Shown here one piece after another: positions 9,822-19,886 of a DNA stretch of 64,000 bases. The first letter of the stretch is position 1, and each line of letters begins with the position of its first letter. The stretch is taken from assembly GCA_026986575.1 (NCBI GenBank), contig JALSOH010000009.1, forward strand, positions 96,001-160,000, written 5' to 3'. The notes under the pieces were generated by a model. That model was not told the DNA's origin. It did no database searches and saw only the letters and a program-made list of their open reading frames with translations. The stretch is from Thermoproteota archaeon. GTDB lineage: Archaea; Korarchaeota; Korarchaeia; Korarchaeales; Korarchaeaceae. The position numbers and the translations under genes were made by a program.

Positions 9822-10436
9822 TCAGGTCCACCTAAGGTAGATGCTTATCCCGGCCAGCGCGTAGACGAGTGAGATGAGCAGGCAGCCCAAAAGGTTCGCA
9901 ACGCCTGGAGACAGGGTTGCCATAACTGGGACGGCAAGGAGCAAGCAGATTCCTACTAGGAGACTCTCCAAGGGCTTCCTCTGCAGGATCCACATCAGAG
10001 TGTTCCCAGAGCCCACGAACGTGAGGACGGAAAGGATGATGGCCTGCTCGAATCCCATGGAGTCTGCAAGCCAGTAGGAGAGGATACTGATGAATCCAGC
10101 CAATACCCAAGCGGAAACGGATTTCCACCTCTCCTTCCAGAACCTCTTTACCTCTTCCTCCCTTCCGGTCAGCTTCAGGAGCACCTTGACCTTGGAGAAG
10201 TTCCTCGCTGTGTCCAGCCATATGATGGAGAACACGGTGAACCAGAGGAGCCCTATGGCCGGACCGACCTCCTCCTGTGGGAGGGTGTTCAGCAGGACCT
10301 CTTGGGCTAAACAGGCTAGGAACCCTCCGACGGCCCAGCTCAGGTAGATCTTTGAAATGGTGAGCCTGAGCTGGTTGTTGATGTACCTCCTTATTCCCTC
10401 AAGGGTCTCAACGAGTTCTCTCTCCCTGTCTTCCAT
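9822..10436 (-). CDS. Hypothetical integral membrane protein (about 6 TM), co-transcribed with the regulator
   Basis: Multiple hydrophobic helices; stop abuts the regulator start. Confidence 0.75.
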   Translation of the reverse strand: MEDRERELVETLEGIRRYINNQLRLTISKIYLSWAVGGFLACLAQEVLLNTLPQEEVGPAIGLLWFTVFSIIWLDTARNFSKVKVLLKLTGREEEVKRFWKERWKSVSAWVLAGFISILSYWLADSMGFEQAIILSVLTFVGSGNTLMWILQRKPLESLLVGICLLLAVPVMATLSPGVANLLGCLLISLVYALAGISIYLRWT

Positions 10437-10478
10437 CGATTCATCCCCTCGAGGGACATTAAAAAAGTGAACCTACTG

Positions 10479-10491
10479 TCTGAAATTCAGA
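10479..10491. promoter_or_regulatory. Palindromic operator candidate between the regulator operon and the ABC exporter
   Basis: TCTGAA-A-TTCAGA perfect palindrome between divergent TATA-like elements (TTAAAAAA about 10459, TTTTAAA about 10504). Confidence 0.45.
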
Positions 10492-10534
10492 GGGATGATC
10501 AGGTTTTAAACTCTGTATTTAGGCATTTTAATCG

Positions 10535-11476
10535 ATGATAGCTCTTGAGGTGGAAGGACTCACGAAGATGTACGGCGAGGTAAGGGCTCTCGACTCCATC
10601 TCCTTCCATGTGAACGAGAGAGAGATTTTCGGCTTGCTGGGGCCCAACGGATCCGGTAAGACCACCCTGATGGAGATAGTCGCTGGCGTGAGGGCCCCAA
10701 CCTCCGGGTCAGTCAAGGTCTTCGGACTCGATGCTCTGAGGGAGAGGGAGAAGGTCAGTAGGCTCATAGGCTTCAATCCCCAGGAGACGATGCTTTACGG
10801 GGATCTAAGTGGCTGGGAGAACCTGAGGTTCGTCGCCTCCCTCTATGGGATGGACATGAGGGAGTTCAGGGAGAGGGTGGAGGAGCTGTCGGGGATCTTG
10901 GGAACTGGGGGGTTCTTGGATAAGAGGGTGGACAAGCTATCTGGGGGTCAGAGGCGCAGGATAAGCCTCATGGCCTCCATTCTTCACTCTCCGCACCTCC
11001 TCATCTTGGATGAGCCCACCGTTGGCTTGGACCCCGAGGCCAGAAGGGACTTCTGGGAGGTTATATGGAGGTTGAGGGACGAGGGAAGCACCATCCTTCT
11101 CAGTACCCACTACATGGAAGAGGCAGACGAACTCTGCGACCGGGTGGCCATAATGGACAGAGGGAGGATCGTGGGACTCGGAGAGCCGGATGAGCTGAAG
11201 AGGAGGTACGGGGGAACGGCCAAGGTGATAGTCTATCCGAAGCTGAGGTCGATCGGAGAGGTGGAGGGGACCCTCAGGGAAATGGGCCTCAAAGTGACCA
11301 GAATAGGGGACGGATTGGCGGTAGAGACGGAGGAGCCGGAGGAACTCATCCCGGATCTGATAACCTCCCTGTCCTCGAAGGGGCTTGAACCGGAGAGGAT
11401 AGAGATAAGAAGCCCGACGCTAGAGGATGTCTTCCTGAACCTCACCGGCAGGCCCCTCGCGGAGGTGGTGGAATGA
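10535..11476 (+). CDS. ABC-2 type exporter, ATP-binding subunit
   Basis: GPNGSGKTT, LSGGQ signature, LILDEPT, STH, C-terminal PTLEDVFL. Confidence 0.95.
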   Translation: MIALEVEGLTKMYGEVRALDSISFHVNEREIFGLLGPNGSGKTTLMEIVAGVRAPTSGSVKVFGLDALREREKVSRLIGFNPQETMLYGDLSGWENLRFVASLYGMDMREFRERVEELSGILGTGGFLDKRVDKLSGGQRRRISLMASILHSPHLLILDEPTVGLDPEARRDFWEVIWRLRDEGSTILLSTHYMEEADELCDRVAIMDRGRIVGLGEPDELKRRYGGTAKVIVYPKLRSIGEVEGTLREMGLKVTRIGDGLAVETEEPEELIPDLITSLSSKGLEPERIEIRSPTLEDVFLNLTGRPLAEVVE

Positions 11477-12690
11477 AGCTGAATCCGGCTCTTGAGGTGG
11501 CGAGGAAGGACCTGCTCTCCTTTTTCAGGAGCAAGTCCACCCTGTTCTGGACCCTAGCCTTCCCCCTTCTCATGATGCTCCTCTTCTCCTCGATGTTCGG
11601 GGGCGGGGGCGCGATGTTCACGATAGCGGTGGTGGATCAGGACGGGGGTACCATCTCAAAGGCGTTCTTGGAAGCCCTCAACTCCACCAATGTCACCCGC
11701 CTGATCCCGTTCTCGAGTGAATTAGATGCCAAAGAGTACATCATGGATGGGAGGGCAGACGCCCTTCTAATCGTACCTAGGGGCTTCTCCGACAACCTGA
11801 CCTCGGGCCTCACCGCTGAATTCCGCTTCTACACATCCGAAGACCCTCAAGTGAGGACCGCCGTGACCAACATGCTCAACGGGTTCGTCGATGCCTTCTC
11901 CGAAGAGTACAGGGAGAGGGCACTGGCCATTCTAGAGGAGCACATGCCCCCAGAGATCCCCGCGGGGGGAAGGAACCTCTCAAGGGATATGGTGATCTCC
12001 TTCCTCAGGTCCTTCGCTAGGCCTGTGAGGATCAGGATCGCTTCCATAGCAAAGCCCGAGGTGACGAGCGAGACGGTAGCCTATTGGAAGGAAGAGGGGC
12101 ACTGGATAACCGTGATGCTCGCGTACACACTCATATTCTCGGGAATGGTCGGAGCAGCATCACTCCTCGCCTACGAGAAGCTGTTGGGGACAGTGAAGAG
12201 GTTGATCGCCTCCCCGGCATCGAGATGGTCGCTGCTGGCCGGGAAGCTCCTTGGAGGATTGGCTATTCTCACCCTGAGCCAGGTGATCTTGGTATTCTTG
12301 ACCATGCTATGGCTCAGGCCCGAGGTGGACTGGACACCCCTGATCATCCCAGTGATGATAGCTGGAGATCTAGCGAGCTTGGGGCTCGGCCTCTTGGTGG
12401 TGGAGCTCTCACCAAACCCCAAGGCGGCCAGCGAAGCTGTCACCACCGTAGGAATAATGATCCAGTTCGTATCGGGGCTCTATTTTCCATTGAGCTTCCT
12501 GCCCGATCCGCTCAGGGCGGTGGCAGAGGTCATACCCTTCACTTGGGCCGTGAAGGCCTTGGATGGGTTGCTTGTGATGGGCAAGGGGCTTGAATCGGTG
12601 GTGGCGCCGGTCACCTACTTGGCGTTGGCTGCGCTGATCTTCACCTCCATAGCATCGGCGCTCTTCCCGAGGTGGGCGAGGGTCGAGTGA
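11473..12690 (+). CDS. ABC-2 type exporter permease
   Basis: FWTLAFPLL, IAVVDQDGG extracellular loop, YEKLLGTVKRL, SGLYFPL...P; ATGA overlap with the ATPase. Confidence 0.9.
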   Translation: MKLNPALEVARKDLLSFFRSKSTLFWTLAFPLLMMLLFSSMFGGGGAMFTIAVVDQDGGTISKAFLEALNSTNVTRLIPFSSELDAKEYIMDGRADALLIVPRGFSDNLTSGLTAEFRFYTSEDPQVRTAVTNMLNGFVDAFSEEYRERALAILEEHMPPEIPAGGRNLSRDMVISFLRSFARPVRIRIASIAKPEVTSETVAYWKEEGHWITVMLAYTLIFSGMVGAASLLAYEKLLGTVKRLIASPASRWSLLAGKLLGGLAILTLSQVILVFLTMLWLRPEVDWTPLIIPVMIAGDLASLGLGLLVVELSPNPKAASEAVTTVGIMIQFVSGLYFPLSFLPDPLRAVAEVIPFTWAVKALDGLLVMGKGLESVVAPVTYLALAALIFTSIASALFPRWARVE

Positions 12691-12878
12691 TATCGTGGGT
12701 GCTCGGATCACTTCCACATCTATTCCTCTGATGAAAAGGAAAGTTGGATTAATGCAGTCAACAAGGGTAGGTTCACCCATTAAGGGGAGATCGAGCCGTC
12801 TGTCTCCCTAGAAGCGGCCCGCACAATTACCATCGCATTCAGAGTGTCGTCGTGTAAAGGTCTACCTCCAAATCGTAA

Positions 12879-12921
12879 GGTAATACAGAGAGGTATGCTT
12901 ATATTGGCTAAAGGGTAATAC
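12879..12921 (+). promoter_or_regulatory. Putative RHH-antitoxin operator (direct repeats GGTAATAC)
   Basis: GGTAATAC at 12879-12886 and 12914-12921, flanking TATA-like CTTATAT. Confidence 0.5.
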
Positions 12922-12927
12922 CAAATT

Positions 12928-13155
12928 ATGTCGGGAGTGGTCACCTTCAAGGTCCCCAAGGAGATCAAGGAGAAGATGAGGAAGTACTCGAAGGTCGTGA
13001 AGTGGAGCGAAGAGCTTCGAAATTACGTTATCGAGAGGATCAGAGATCTAGAGAGAGAAGAAAACCTTAGGAAGGTGATGGAGGTGATAAAAACCACAAA
13101 GGGAGTACCTGAAGGTTTCTCTTTGGAGAGCATTCGGGAGGACAGGGAACCTTGA
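12928..13155 (+). CDS. vapB: Ribbon-helix-helix (CopG-like) antitoxin
   Basis: VVTFKVPKEIKEKM...VKWSEELR...IREDRE; 4-nt overlap with the PIN gene. Confidence 0.85.
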   Translation: MSGVVTFKVPKEIKEKMRKYSKVVKWSEELRNYVIERIRDLEREENLRKVMEVIKTTKGVPEGFSLESIREDREP

Positions 13156-13565
13156 ACGTAATTGATGCATCTGCTCTTTCTAAGTTCATCCTGAAAGAAG
13201 CTGGATGGGAAGCTGTTGCAGGCTATTTAGTAAACTCCCTGTCAGTCGATCACGTGCTGAAGGAGGTTTCCAATGCCATATGGAAGGCATTCAGGAGGGG
13301 ATTCATCGACGTGGAGGATTCGACGAGGAAGTTCTCCGCCCTCATCACCCTACTCCGTGCAAATTTGGAGCTGGTGAACGAGGTGGAAATACTTCCCTCC
13401 GCCTTTGACCTGGCTCTGAAGCACGGTATAACGGTATATGATGCGCTTTATGTGGAGTTAGCTAGAGAGAAAGGCCTCCCGCTGGTCACCTGTGACGAGA
13501 CCCAAGCCAAGGTGGCCCGGGATGAAGGGGTTGAGATAGTGCTCTTAAAAGCGAAACCACCTTGA
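13152..13565 (+). CDS. vapC: PIN-domain toxin VapC
   Basis: VIDASAL...KEVSNAIW...ITVYDALY...LVTCD. Confidence 0.9.
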   Translation: MNVIDASALSKFILKEAGWEAVAGYLVNSLSVDHVLKEVSNAIWKAFRRGFIDVEDSTRKFSALITLLRANLELVNEVEILPSAFDLALKHGITVYDALYVELAREKGLPLVTCDETQAKVARDEGVEIVLLKAKPP

Positions 13566-13964
13566 AGGTGTTGGCAGCGTTGATCGACCCGGGAGAGGTC
13601 TGTGACTAGTGAAAGAATCACGCTCCTCGTGAACTGGAGCTAGGAAACGCAGTGCAGCTAGTCGGTGAGGGGAGAGCATGTTGGATCCCCTCCTATTTTC
13701 GGAATTGATACCTTATTCACAGAATTAGGGCCCCTACATCAGAGGATCCAGTCGGTCCTTGGATTAGTATGACATTGGAGAGGCTCTAAATACCAATCTA
13801 TCAGCGGGGCTCGTACCCAGTGCTTTAGGACGCATCTTCCACCACTATGCAAGTTAGATAGGGAGATCCCTGGACATGGGAACCGCGATCAAGTAACCCT
13901 CACGCAAAAAGTCCGGCTCGAGTGTGCTTTTTAATGGTTGATCCAATTAACATAATGGGAGAGT

Positions 13965-14651
13965 ATGCAATCCCTCAAAGAGGAGCTACTGGATCTTCTT
14001 GAAAAGGACAGGGAGTTTAGATACGCCGTGGCCGGGCTCATAGGGTACAAGGAGGTACTGGAGAGGATAGCATCCCTCGAAGAAAGAATTGTTTCGCTGG
14101 AAGAGGGGCAACAGAAGATACTGGAGCGCATAGTTTCGCTTGAAGAGAAGGCGACCTCCTTGGAGGAGGGCCAGCAGAGGCTCGAGGAGCGCATCATCTC
14201 ATTGGAGGAACGCGTAATTTCGCTGGAAGAGGGTCAACAGGAGCTGAGGAAGGAGCAGCAGGAGCTGAGGAGGGTGGTCAACGTCATAGCCCACAGGTTC
14301 GGCGTCATATCCGAGTCCTCCTTCAGGGAGGGAATGAGGGCCGTATTGGAGGAGGAGCTGGGGGTCGCGGAGGTGGGGAGGTTCATCTTGGAGGACGAGG
14401 AAGGTTCGGTATACGGTCACCCCTCCACGGTGGAGGTTGATGTGCTGGTGAAGGACGGGAAGCACATCCTCGTGGAGGTGAAGTCGAGGGTCTCGAAGGG
14501 AGATGTGGCCGAACTTCACAGGATAGGAGAGCTATACACTAGAAAGATAGGGATCAAGCCTTCCTTACTAATAGTGGGGGGACTGGTGGACGAGGGAGCG
14601 AAGGAACTGGCTGAGAAGCTTGGGGTGAAGATAAGACCCGTTATCGACTGA
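13965..14651 (+). CDS. Coiled-coil + PD-(D/E)xK nuclease-fold protein (paREP/DUF3782-like)
   Basis: N-terminal LLEKDREFRYAVAGLIG, heptads ERIxSLE, then SESSFREG...VYGHPSTVEVD...LVEVKSR. Confidence 0.85.
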   Translation: MQSLKEELLDLLEKDREFRYAVAGLIGYKEVLERIASLEERIVSLEEGQQKILERIVSLEEKATSLEEGQQRLEERIISLEERVISLEEGQQELRKEQQELRRVVNVIAHRFGVISESSFREGMRAVLEEELGVAEVGRFILEDEEGSVYGHPSTVEVDVLVKDGKHILVEVKSRVSKGDVAELHRIGELYTRKIGIKPSLLIVGGLVDEGAKELAEKLGVKIRPVID

Positions 14652-14849
14652 ATTCCTTGGGGCACCTATGGCCTAGACCTCTCCTACTCCACCTCACCAG
14701 TAGCTGCGCGCTCAGTTGATTGTAAAAACATTTGAGTAAAAATCCCATTCTCGAGCGTATAACCACGTGATTCGACTCATGGGGATAATTGGGGAGGCAG
14801 ACTTAAAAGAAATCGGTAGATGAAAGCTCCAACTCAGGGAGGTGTCAAC

Positions 14850-16166
14850 TTGGTAACTAGGAGAGAGTTCCTGGGCATGCTGGGTGGGGGCATAGTTGGT
14901 CTCGCCGTCGGCGGTGCCTTAGGCTACACCCTCGCGCCCAAGGGGCCATCACCCGAGGAGATGGCTGGTAAGCTGCCAGGAGTCCCCTCAGAACCCCTTA
15001 AAATAGGAGGGATGTGGTTCCTCACTGGCAAGTTCGGCACTTACGGTGACATGGCTAAGAAGGCCCTCCAGCTGGCCGTTGATGAGATCAACGCCTCAGG
15101 CGGCATCCTGGGTAGGAAAGTCGAGATCACGCTCAAGGACGAGGCTGATAGGCAGAACGTCCTCCAGAATATAAGGAAGATGGTGGAGGAGGAGAAGGCT
15201 GAGTTTCTCATAGGCATCGATAGCAGCGGCGACGTGCTGAAGCTGGCTCCGGTCGTCGAAAACGACCTGCACGTGGTCACAGTGATAACCCATGCCGCTA
15301 CACCCAAGCTGACCGCATGCAACAAGCTCCACTATGTCTTCAGGATAAGCATGTACGAGGAACCCATAGATGTTGCCGCCGCCAAGCTTGTTGCCGAGAA
15401 GTTCCCTGATGTGAAGAAAGTAGCTAGCATCGGGCCAGATTATGCTTACGGATACGACTCCTGGGCCATATTCAGCACCAACTTGAAGAAGCTGCTGCCA
15501 GGCGTGGAGATGGCCGAACCAATGTACTCAAAGCTGGGCACCGAGGACTTCAGCAGCTATATAGACAAGATGCTGGCCTACGAGCCCGACTTGGTGTTCA
15601 GCAGCCTGTGGGGCGGTGATGCGGCCACCTTCGTCAAGCAGGCCGTCTCCAAGGGCCTCTTTGACAGGGTGAAGTACTACCTTAATCCCATGCTCGGGGC
15701 CACCGACACCCTGAAGGCCATAGGTGACGGGAACGTTCCAACAAAGGCTCAAGTCTGGGGAAGCGGGAGGTACTGGTTCCTCTACCCGCCACACGATGTG
15801 TGGCCCCTAAACAAGACCTTCGTGAGCAAGTTCAAGTCTAGGTACGGGGAGTACCCGCCCTACGTGTCAGCCACCAGTTACACTGCAGTTTACGCCCTGA
15901 AAGCTGCGATAGAGAGAGCATACGTCATGAAAGGCGCGTGGCCCGGGCAGGACGATGTGGTGGCTGCTATGGAGGGCTTGGCAGTGGCAGGACCCATGGG
16001 ACCCGTTGCAATGAGGGAGGACCATCAGGGGGTCTACTCCGTCTTCTGGGGCAGGCTGACCAAGGGAGCCCCGAACTATCCGCACCCAATTCTCACGGAC
16101 ATACAGGTGTTCGACTTCGGGGAGGTCTTCCCCGCCCCTGGCCAGACGGCCGTCAAGTGCCAGTAA
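14850..16166 (+). CDS. livK: Branched-chain amino acid-type ABC transporter substrate-binding protein with Tat signal
   Basis: TRREFL twin-arginine motif; LAVDEINASGGILGRK, PDYAYG, SLWGGD. Start TTG 14850 follows GGAGGTG. Confidence 0.85.
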   Translation: MVTRREFLGMLGGGIVGLAVGGALGYTLAPKGPSPEEMAGKLPGVPSEPLKIGGMWFLTGKFGTYGDMAKKALQLAVDEINASGGILGRKVEITLKDEADRQNVLQNIRKMVEEEKAEFLIGIDSSGDVLKLAPVVENDLHVVTVITHAATPKLTACNKLHYVFRISMYEEPIDVAAAKLVAEKFPDVKKVASIGPDYAYGYDSWAIFSTNLKKLLPGVEMAEPMYSKLGTEDFSSYIDKMLAYEPDLVFSSLWGGDAATFVKQAVSKGLFDRVKYYLNPMLGATDTLKAIGDGNVPTKAQVWGSGRYWFLYPPHDVWPLNKTFVSKFKSRYGEYPPYVSATSYTAVYALKAAIERAYVMKGAWPGQDDVVAAMEGLAVAGPMGPVAMREDHQGVYSVFWGRLTKGAPNYPHPILTDIQVFDFGEVFPAPGQTAVKCQ

Positions 16167-16197
16167 ACCCTCCCTCTACTTTTTCCGGGGTGTCTCC

Positions 16198-17091
16198 ATG
16201 GATATGGGCTTGCTGGCCGCTCAGGTATTCAACGGGCTCGTCTACTCCTCCATCCTCTTCCTCGTTTCCTCTGGCCTGACTCTGATTTATGGAATAATGA
16301 ACGTGCTTAACTTGGCGCACGGAAGCCTCTACATGCTAGGAGCCTATCTTGGGATAACGATAGTGGTATATGCCCTAGGAGGAACTCCCTTGGCCTACCT
16401 TGTCGCCTTCCTGTTGGTGCCCCCCTCGGTGGGGGTGGTGGGCGCGCTGCTGGAGAGGACCTTGATAAGGAGGACCTATCCCATGGGGGAGGAGTACCAG
16501 CTCCTGCTGACCTTCGGCCTCATACTAGTGTTCGACGACCTCGTCAAGATGGTGTGGGGTGCGGCTTACATAAACTTCCCCGATCCCAACTCCTTCCTCG
16601 GTGGATTGAGATTCGGAGTTTACACCTTACCCCTGTATCATGTGATCCTCATAGCGCTGGGGTTCGCGGTCTTCCTCGGCCTCTGGACCTTTTTCAGCAG
16701 GACATTCACCGGCAAGGTGATGAGAGCAGCTGCGATGGACAGGGAGATAGTGGAGGCCATGGGCGTGGACGTCAACCGGGTCTTCGTCTCCTCATTCTTC
16801 TTGGGAAGCCTGCTAAGCGGTCTGGGTGGGATAAGTGCTGGACCTCTCTACACCGCCAGCCCCGGGATGGGGACGGACATCATAGTGTACAGCTTCGCGG
16901 TCATCGTGATAGGGGGCATGGGAAGCATTGGAGGGGCGATGGCGGGCAGCCTGATCGTGGGCGTGCTCCGTTCCCTAGCGATCTCTTTCTATCCACAGCT
17001 GGAGATAGTGATAGTATTTGTGATAATGGCCGCTGTCCTCCTAGTTAAGCCGACGGGACTCTTCGGGAGGCCTGAGTTCGAGAGGAGGTGA
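16198..17091 (+). CDS. livH: Liv-type ABC permease
   Basis: SSGLTLIYGIMNVLNLAHGSLYMLG, IVIGGMGS, KPTGLFG. Confidence 0.9.
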   Translation: MDMGLLAAQVFNGLVYSSILFLVSSGLTLIYGIMNVLNLAHGSLYMLGAYLGITIVVYALGGTPLAYLVAFLLVPPSVGVVGALLERTLIRRTYPMGEEYQLLLTFGLILVFDDLVKMVWGAAYINFPDPNSFLGGLRFGVYTLPLYHVILIALGFAVFLGLWTFFSRTFTGKVMRAAAMDREIVEAMGVDVNRVFVSSFFLGSLLSGLGGISAGPLYTASPGMGTDIIVYSFAVIVIGGMGSIGGAMAGSLIVGVLRSLAISFYPQLEIVIVFVIMAAVLLVKPTGLFGRPEFERR

Positions 17092-17095
17092 CTTC

Positions 17096-18022
17096 ATGGG
17101 TGAGGAGGTTAAGGAGCAGGAGGTGAGCATGGAGACCGTGGCGATGATCCTAGGAGTCATACTACTGGCGCTCGTCCCTCTAGCGGGAAGGCACATGACG
17201 CACTTGGTGGCGTCGGCCCTCCTCCTTTCCCTGGCCGCTACCAGCTTTAACCTGCTCTTCGGCTACACCGGATTGCTGAGCTTCGGCCACGCCCTCTTCT
17301 GGGGAGTTGGAGGTTACACCGTCGCGGTAATGATGGCTAGGTTTGGCTTCGGCTACTTGGAGTCCGTAGCAGCCGCGCTTGCGATGTCGGCCATCATGGG
17401 GGCGGCCATAGGATTCCTTTGCGTCAGGCACACCCGCATATACTTCGCGATACTGACCCTGGCCTTCGGGCAGATGTTCTACGGGATAGCAGTGAAGTGG
17501 GACTTCCTAGGGGGGAGCGACGGGATATACGGCCTGCCCAGGCCCCTTAATTCCTTGGAGCTCTATTACTACGTGGTCCTCGCCTCCGTCTTGGTTAGCC
17601 TCTACATCCTGAGAGTGATCACTAGGTCTTCGCTGGGGCTCTCCTTCATGGCGGTGAGGGACAACGCCTTCAGGGCCGAGTTCTTGGGCATAGGGGTCAG
17701 GGCGACGAGGCTCAAGAGCTTCATCATAAGCGCAACCTTCACTGGTCTGGCTGGGGCACTGTGGGTCCTCCTCGAGACGGCTATAGGTCCAGAATCTATG
17801 TTCTGGACCCACTCAGCCGAGTTCGTCTTCGTCACCCTGCTTGGGGGGCCTAGAGTCTTTCTGGGGCCGGTGGTGGGCGGCTTCATCTACGCCTTCCTCG
17901 CTGACGTGGCAATGAGCGTCACGGAGTTTTGGCTGTTCGTGATCGGAGCCGTGCTCATAGGGATAGTGCTGTTCTTCCCGTACGGCGTCTTAGGCTACCT
18001 GCTCAAGAGGTTAAGGGGGTGA
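17096..18022 (+). CDS. livM: Liv-type ABC permease
   Basis: NLLFGYTGLLSFGH, YFAILTLAF, GGSDG, AVRDN. Confidence 0.9.
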   Translation: MGEEVKEQEVSMETVAMILGVILLALVPLAGRHMTHLVASALLLSLAATSFNLLFGYTGLLSFGHALFWGVGGYTVAVMMARFGFGYLESVAAALAMSAIMGAAIGFLCVRHTRIYFAILTLAFGQMFYGIAVKWDFLGGSDGIYGLPRPLNSLELYYYVVLASVLVSLYILRVITRSSLGLSFMAVRDNAFRAEFLGIGVRATRLKSFIISATFTGLAGALWVLLETAIGPESMFWTHSAEFVFVTLLGGPRVFLGPVVGGFIYAFLADVAMSVTEFWLFVIGAVLIGIVLFFPYGVLGYLLKRLRG

Positions 18023-18025
18023 TTT

Positions 18026-18769
18026 GTGATGGGGGAGGAGATGTTGAGGACCGAGAACGTGAGGAAGCACTTCGGCAGCGTAAGAGCCGTTGACGGCGTC
18101 TCGATAGAGGTGATGAAGGGTGAGATCGTCAGCCTAGTTGGTCCTAACGGCGCAGGAAAGACGACCCTCCTGAACCTGATTTCAGGGCTGCTGAAGCCGG
18201 ACTCAGGCAAGGTGTACTTCCTAGGCGAGGATGTGACGGGAAAGAGGCCTAGTCAGCTGGTCAGAAAGGGAATGGCTAGGTGCTTCCAGATCAGCAACGT
18301 CTTTGAAAATCTGACTGTGTTAGAGAACCTTCTAGCTGCGGTACACTCTATAGAGGGTAGGATCTCTCCCGTGAGGAGGTACGATGAAGATGATGCTGTT
18401 GAGAGGGCAATGGCCGTTCTGAGGGAATTTAACCTGCATGAGAGGGCTCACCTAACCCCGAAGGAGCTGAGTCACGGGGACAGGAAGCTTCTGGATGTGG
18501 CCATAGCCTATGCCCTGAATCCCAAGATGATACTGCTGGACGAGCCCACTGCAGCGATGTCCGTGGGGGAGAAGAGGACCACCGTGGGGGTGATAAAGAA
18601 ATTAAGGGACCAGCTGGGGGTGACGGTTCTTCTAGTGGAGCACGACCTCGATGTGGTGTACGAGGTGAGCGACCGCATAATAGTGATGCATCAAGGCACG
18701 ATACTAGCTGAGGGTAGGCCCGATGAGGTTAGGGAGGATCCGAAGGTGAGGGAGGTGTATCTGGGATGA
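18026..18769 (+). CDS. livG: Liv-type ABC ATP-binding protein
   Basis: GPNGAGKTT, RCFQ, LSHGD, LLDEPTA, VEHD, VREVYLG. Confidence 0.9.
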   Translation: MMGEEMLRTENVRKHFGSVRAVDGVSIEVMKGEIVSLVGPNGAGKTTLLNLISGLLKPDSGKVYFLGEDVTGKRPSQLVRKGMARCFQISNVFENLTVLENLLAAVHSIEGRISPVRRYDEDDAVERAMAVLREFNLHERAHLTPKELSHGDRKLLDVAIAYALNPKMILLDEPTAAMSVGEKRTTVGVIKKLRDQLGVTVLLVEHDLDVVYEVSDRIIVMHQGTILAEGRPDEVREDPKVREVYLG

Positions 18770-19464
18770 TAGCGAGACTAGAGGAGGTTTACGTGGACAG
18801 GGGAGGGGTTACCGTTCTCAGAGGGGTCACTCTACAGGTGGGAGAGGGCGAGGCCGTGGCTTTAATAGGGAGGAACGGGGCCGGGAAGACCACCACGATA
18901 AGGGCCCTGATGGGACTGAACAGGCCTCGAAGTGGGAAGGTATACTTCATGGACAGGGACATCACGGATGTTCCGGCACATGAGAGGGCGAGGATGGGCA
19001 TCGGATACGTGCCCGAGGGTAGGAGGGTACTACCTGACCTCACCGCCTTGGAGAACTTGGAGATAGCTTATGGGGGGAAAGTGCCGAAGGACACGCTGGA
19101 GTGGCTGTTCCAGTTCGTCCCTGACCTTAAGAGGTTCTTGAACAGGAAAGGATTGTACCTGAGCGGTGGAGAGCAGCAGATGCTAGCGGTGGCTAGGGGG
19201 CTGGTGAGGAGGCCCAAGCTCCTACTCTTGGACGAGCCTCTGGAGGGACTGGCCCCGAAGATAGCGGACAGCATAACTAGAACGCTGAAGCAGATCAGGG
19301 ATGAGGGCTTCAGCATGCTCATTTCGGAGTCCGGGATAGTTAAGAGATTGGAGGGACTCGCCACCAAGGCCTACGGGATCGATAGGGGGGAGATAGTTTA
19401 CGAGGGTGCGCTGGAGGGCATACTAGAGGATGAGGTTGCTAGAGCTAGGATATGGGGGGTGTGA
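18766..19464 (+). CDS. livF: Liv-type ABC ATP-binding protein
   Basis: GRNGAGKTT, YVPEGRR, LSGGEQQMLA, LLDEPLEGLAP. Confidence 0.9.
   Translation: MIARLEEVYVDRGGVTVLRGVTLQVGEGEAVALIGRNGAGKTTTIRALMGLNRPRSGKVYFMDRDITDVPAHERARMGIGYVPEGRRVLPDLTALENLEIAYGGKVPKDTLEWLFQFVPDLKRFLNRKGLYLSGGEQQMLAVARGLVRRPKLLLLDEPLEGLAPKIADSITRTLKQIRDEGFSMLISESGIVKRLEGLATKAYGIDRGEIVYEGALEGILEDEVARARIWGV
19074..19131 (+). repeat. 58-bp direct repeat, copy 1 (internal to livF)
   Basis: GGGGAAAGTGCCGAAGGACACGCTGGAGTGGCTGTTCCAGTTCGTCCCTGACCTTAAG; matches 22817-22874 with one mismatch. Confidence 0.9.
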
Positions 19465-19575
19465 TTCAGAATAAGTGCCATCCGGAGAACCCTCCCACAC
19501 CGCTTCCTACTGGACTGCCCAACGCAGCGCGGTTCTCTCAAGTTGAATTTAACACTTGCGGAGGGAAACGAGGCC

Positions 19576-19668
19576 CCATTAGTTCGTTCTGAGGATGGTG
19601 ACTGACGAGACCCGCGATGGGCTTCGAGAGGACCTGTAGCGCTCATGCGCGCGCATCCGAACTAATGG
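19576..19668. repeat. 11-bp perfect inverted repeat enclosing 71 nt
   Basis: CCATTAGTTCG at 19576-19586 and CGAACTAATGG at 19658-19668. Confidence 0.6.
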
Positions 19669-19886
19669 TTTTATGGGCTCACCGACTAACGACAAGGTGT
19701 CCTCAGATCTGAAATCATCTCATCCAAACGTCACCAAACTAGTTCCCCTACCCTGCTGGACCGATTACCTCGCTTGGGGGCTCTGAACTGAATATCTAAG
19801 ATTCCCATGAGGCTTTCATAGGACCATGATCCAAAGACAGGCCTAGGCGATCTGATACTTTAAATTCTTGTCCTTATGGGTGAGAT

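Noticed and set aside
13680-13711. GTTGGATCCCCTCCTATTTTCGGAATTGATAC resembles a CRISPR repeat (GTT...GGAATTGAAAC)
   Set aside because: Single copy, no repeat-spacer periodicity, no cas genes.
19601-19640. CTGACGA...hairpin...GAGA resembling a hammerhead ribozyme core
   Set aside because: GAAA is GAGA, stem II pairs poorly, and stems I and III cannot be built.
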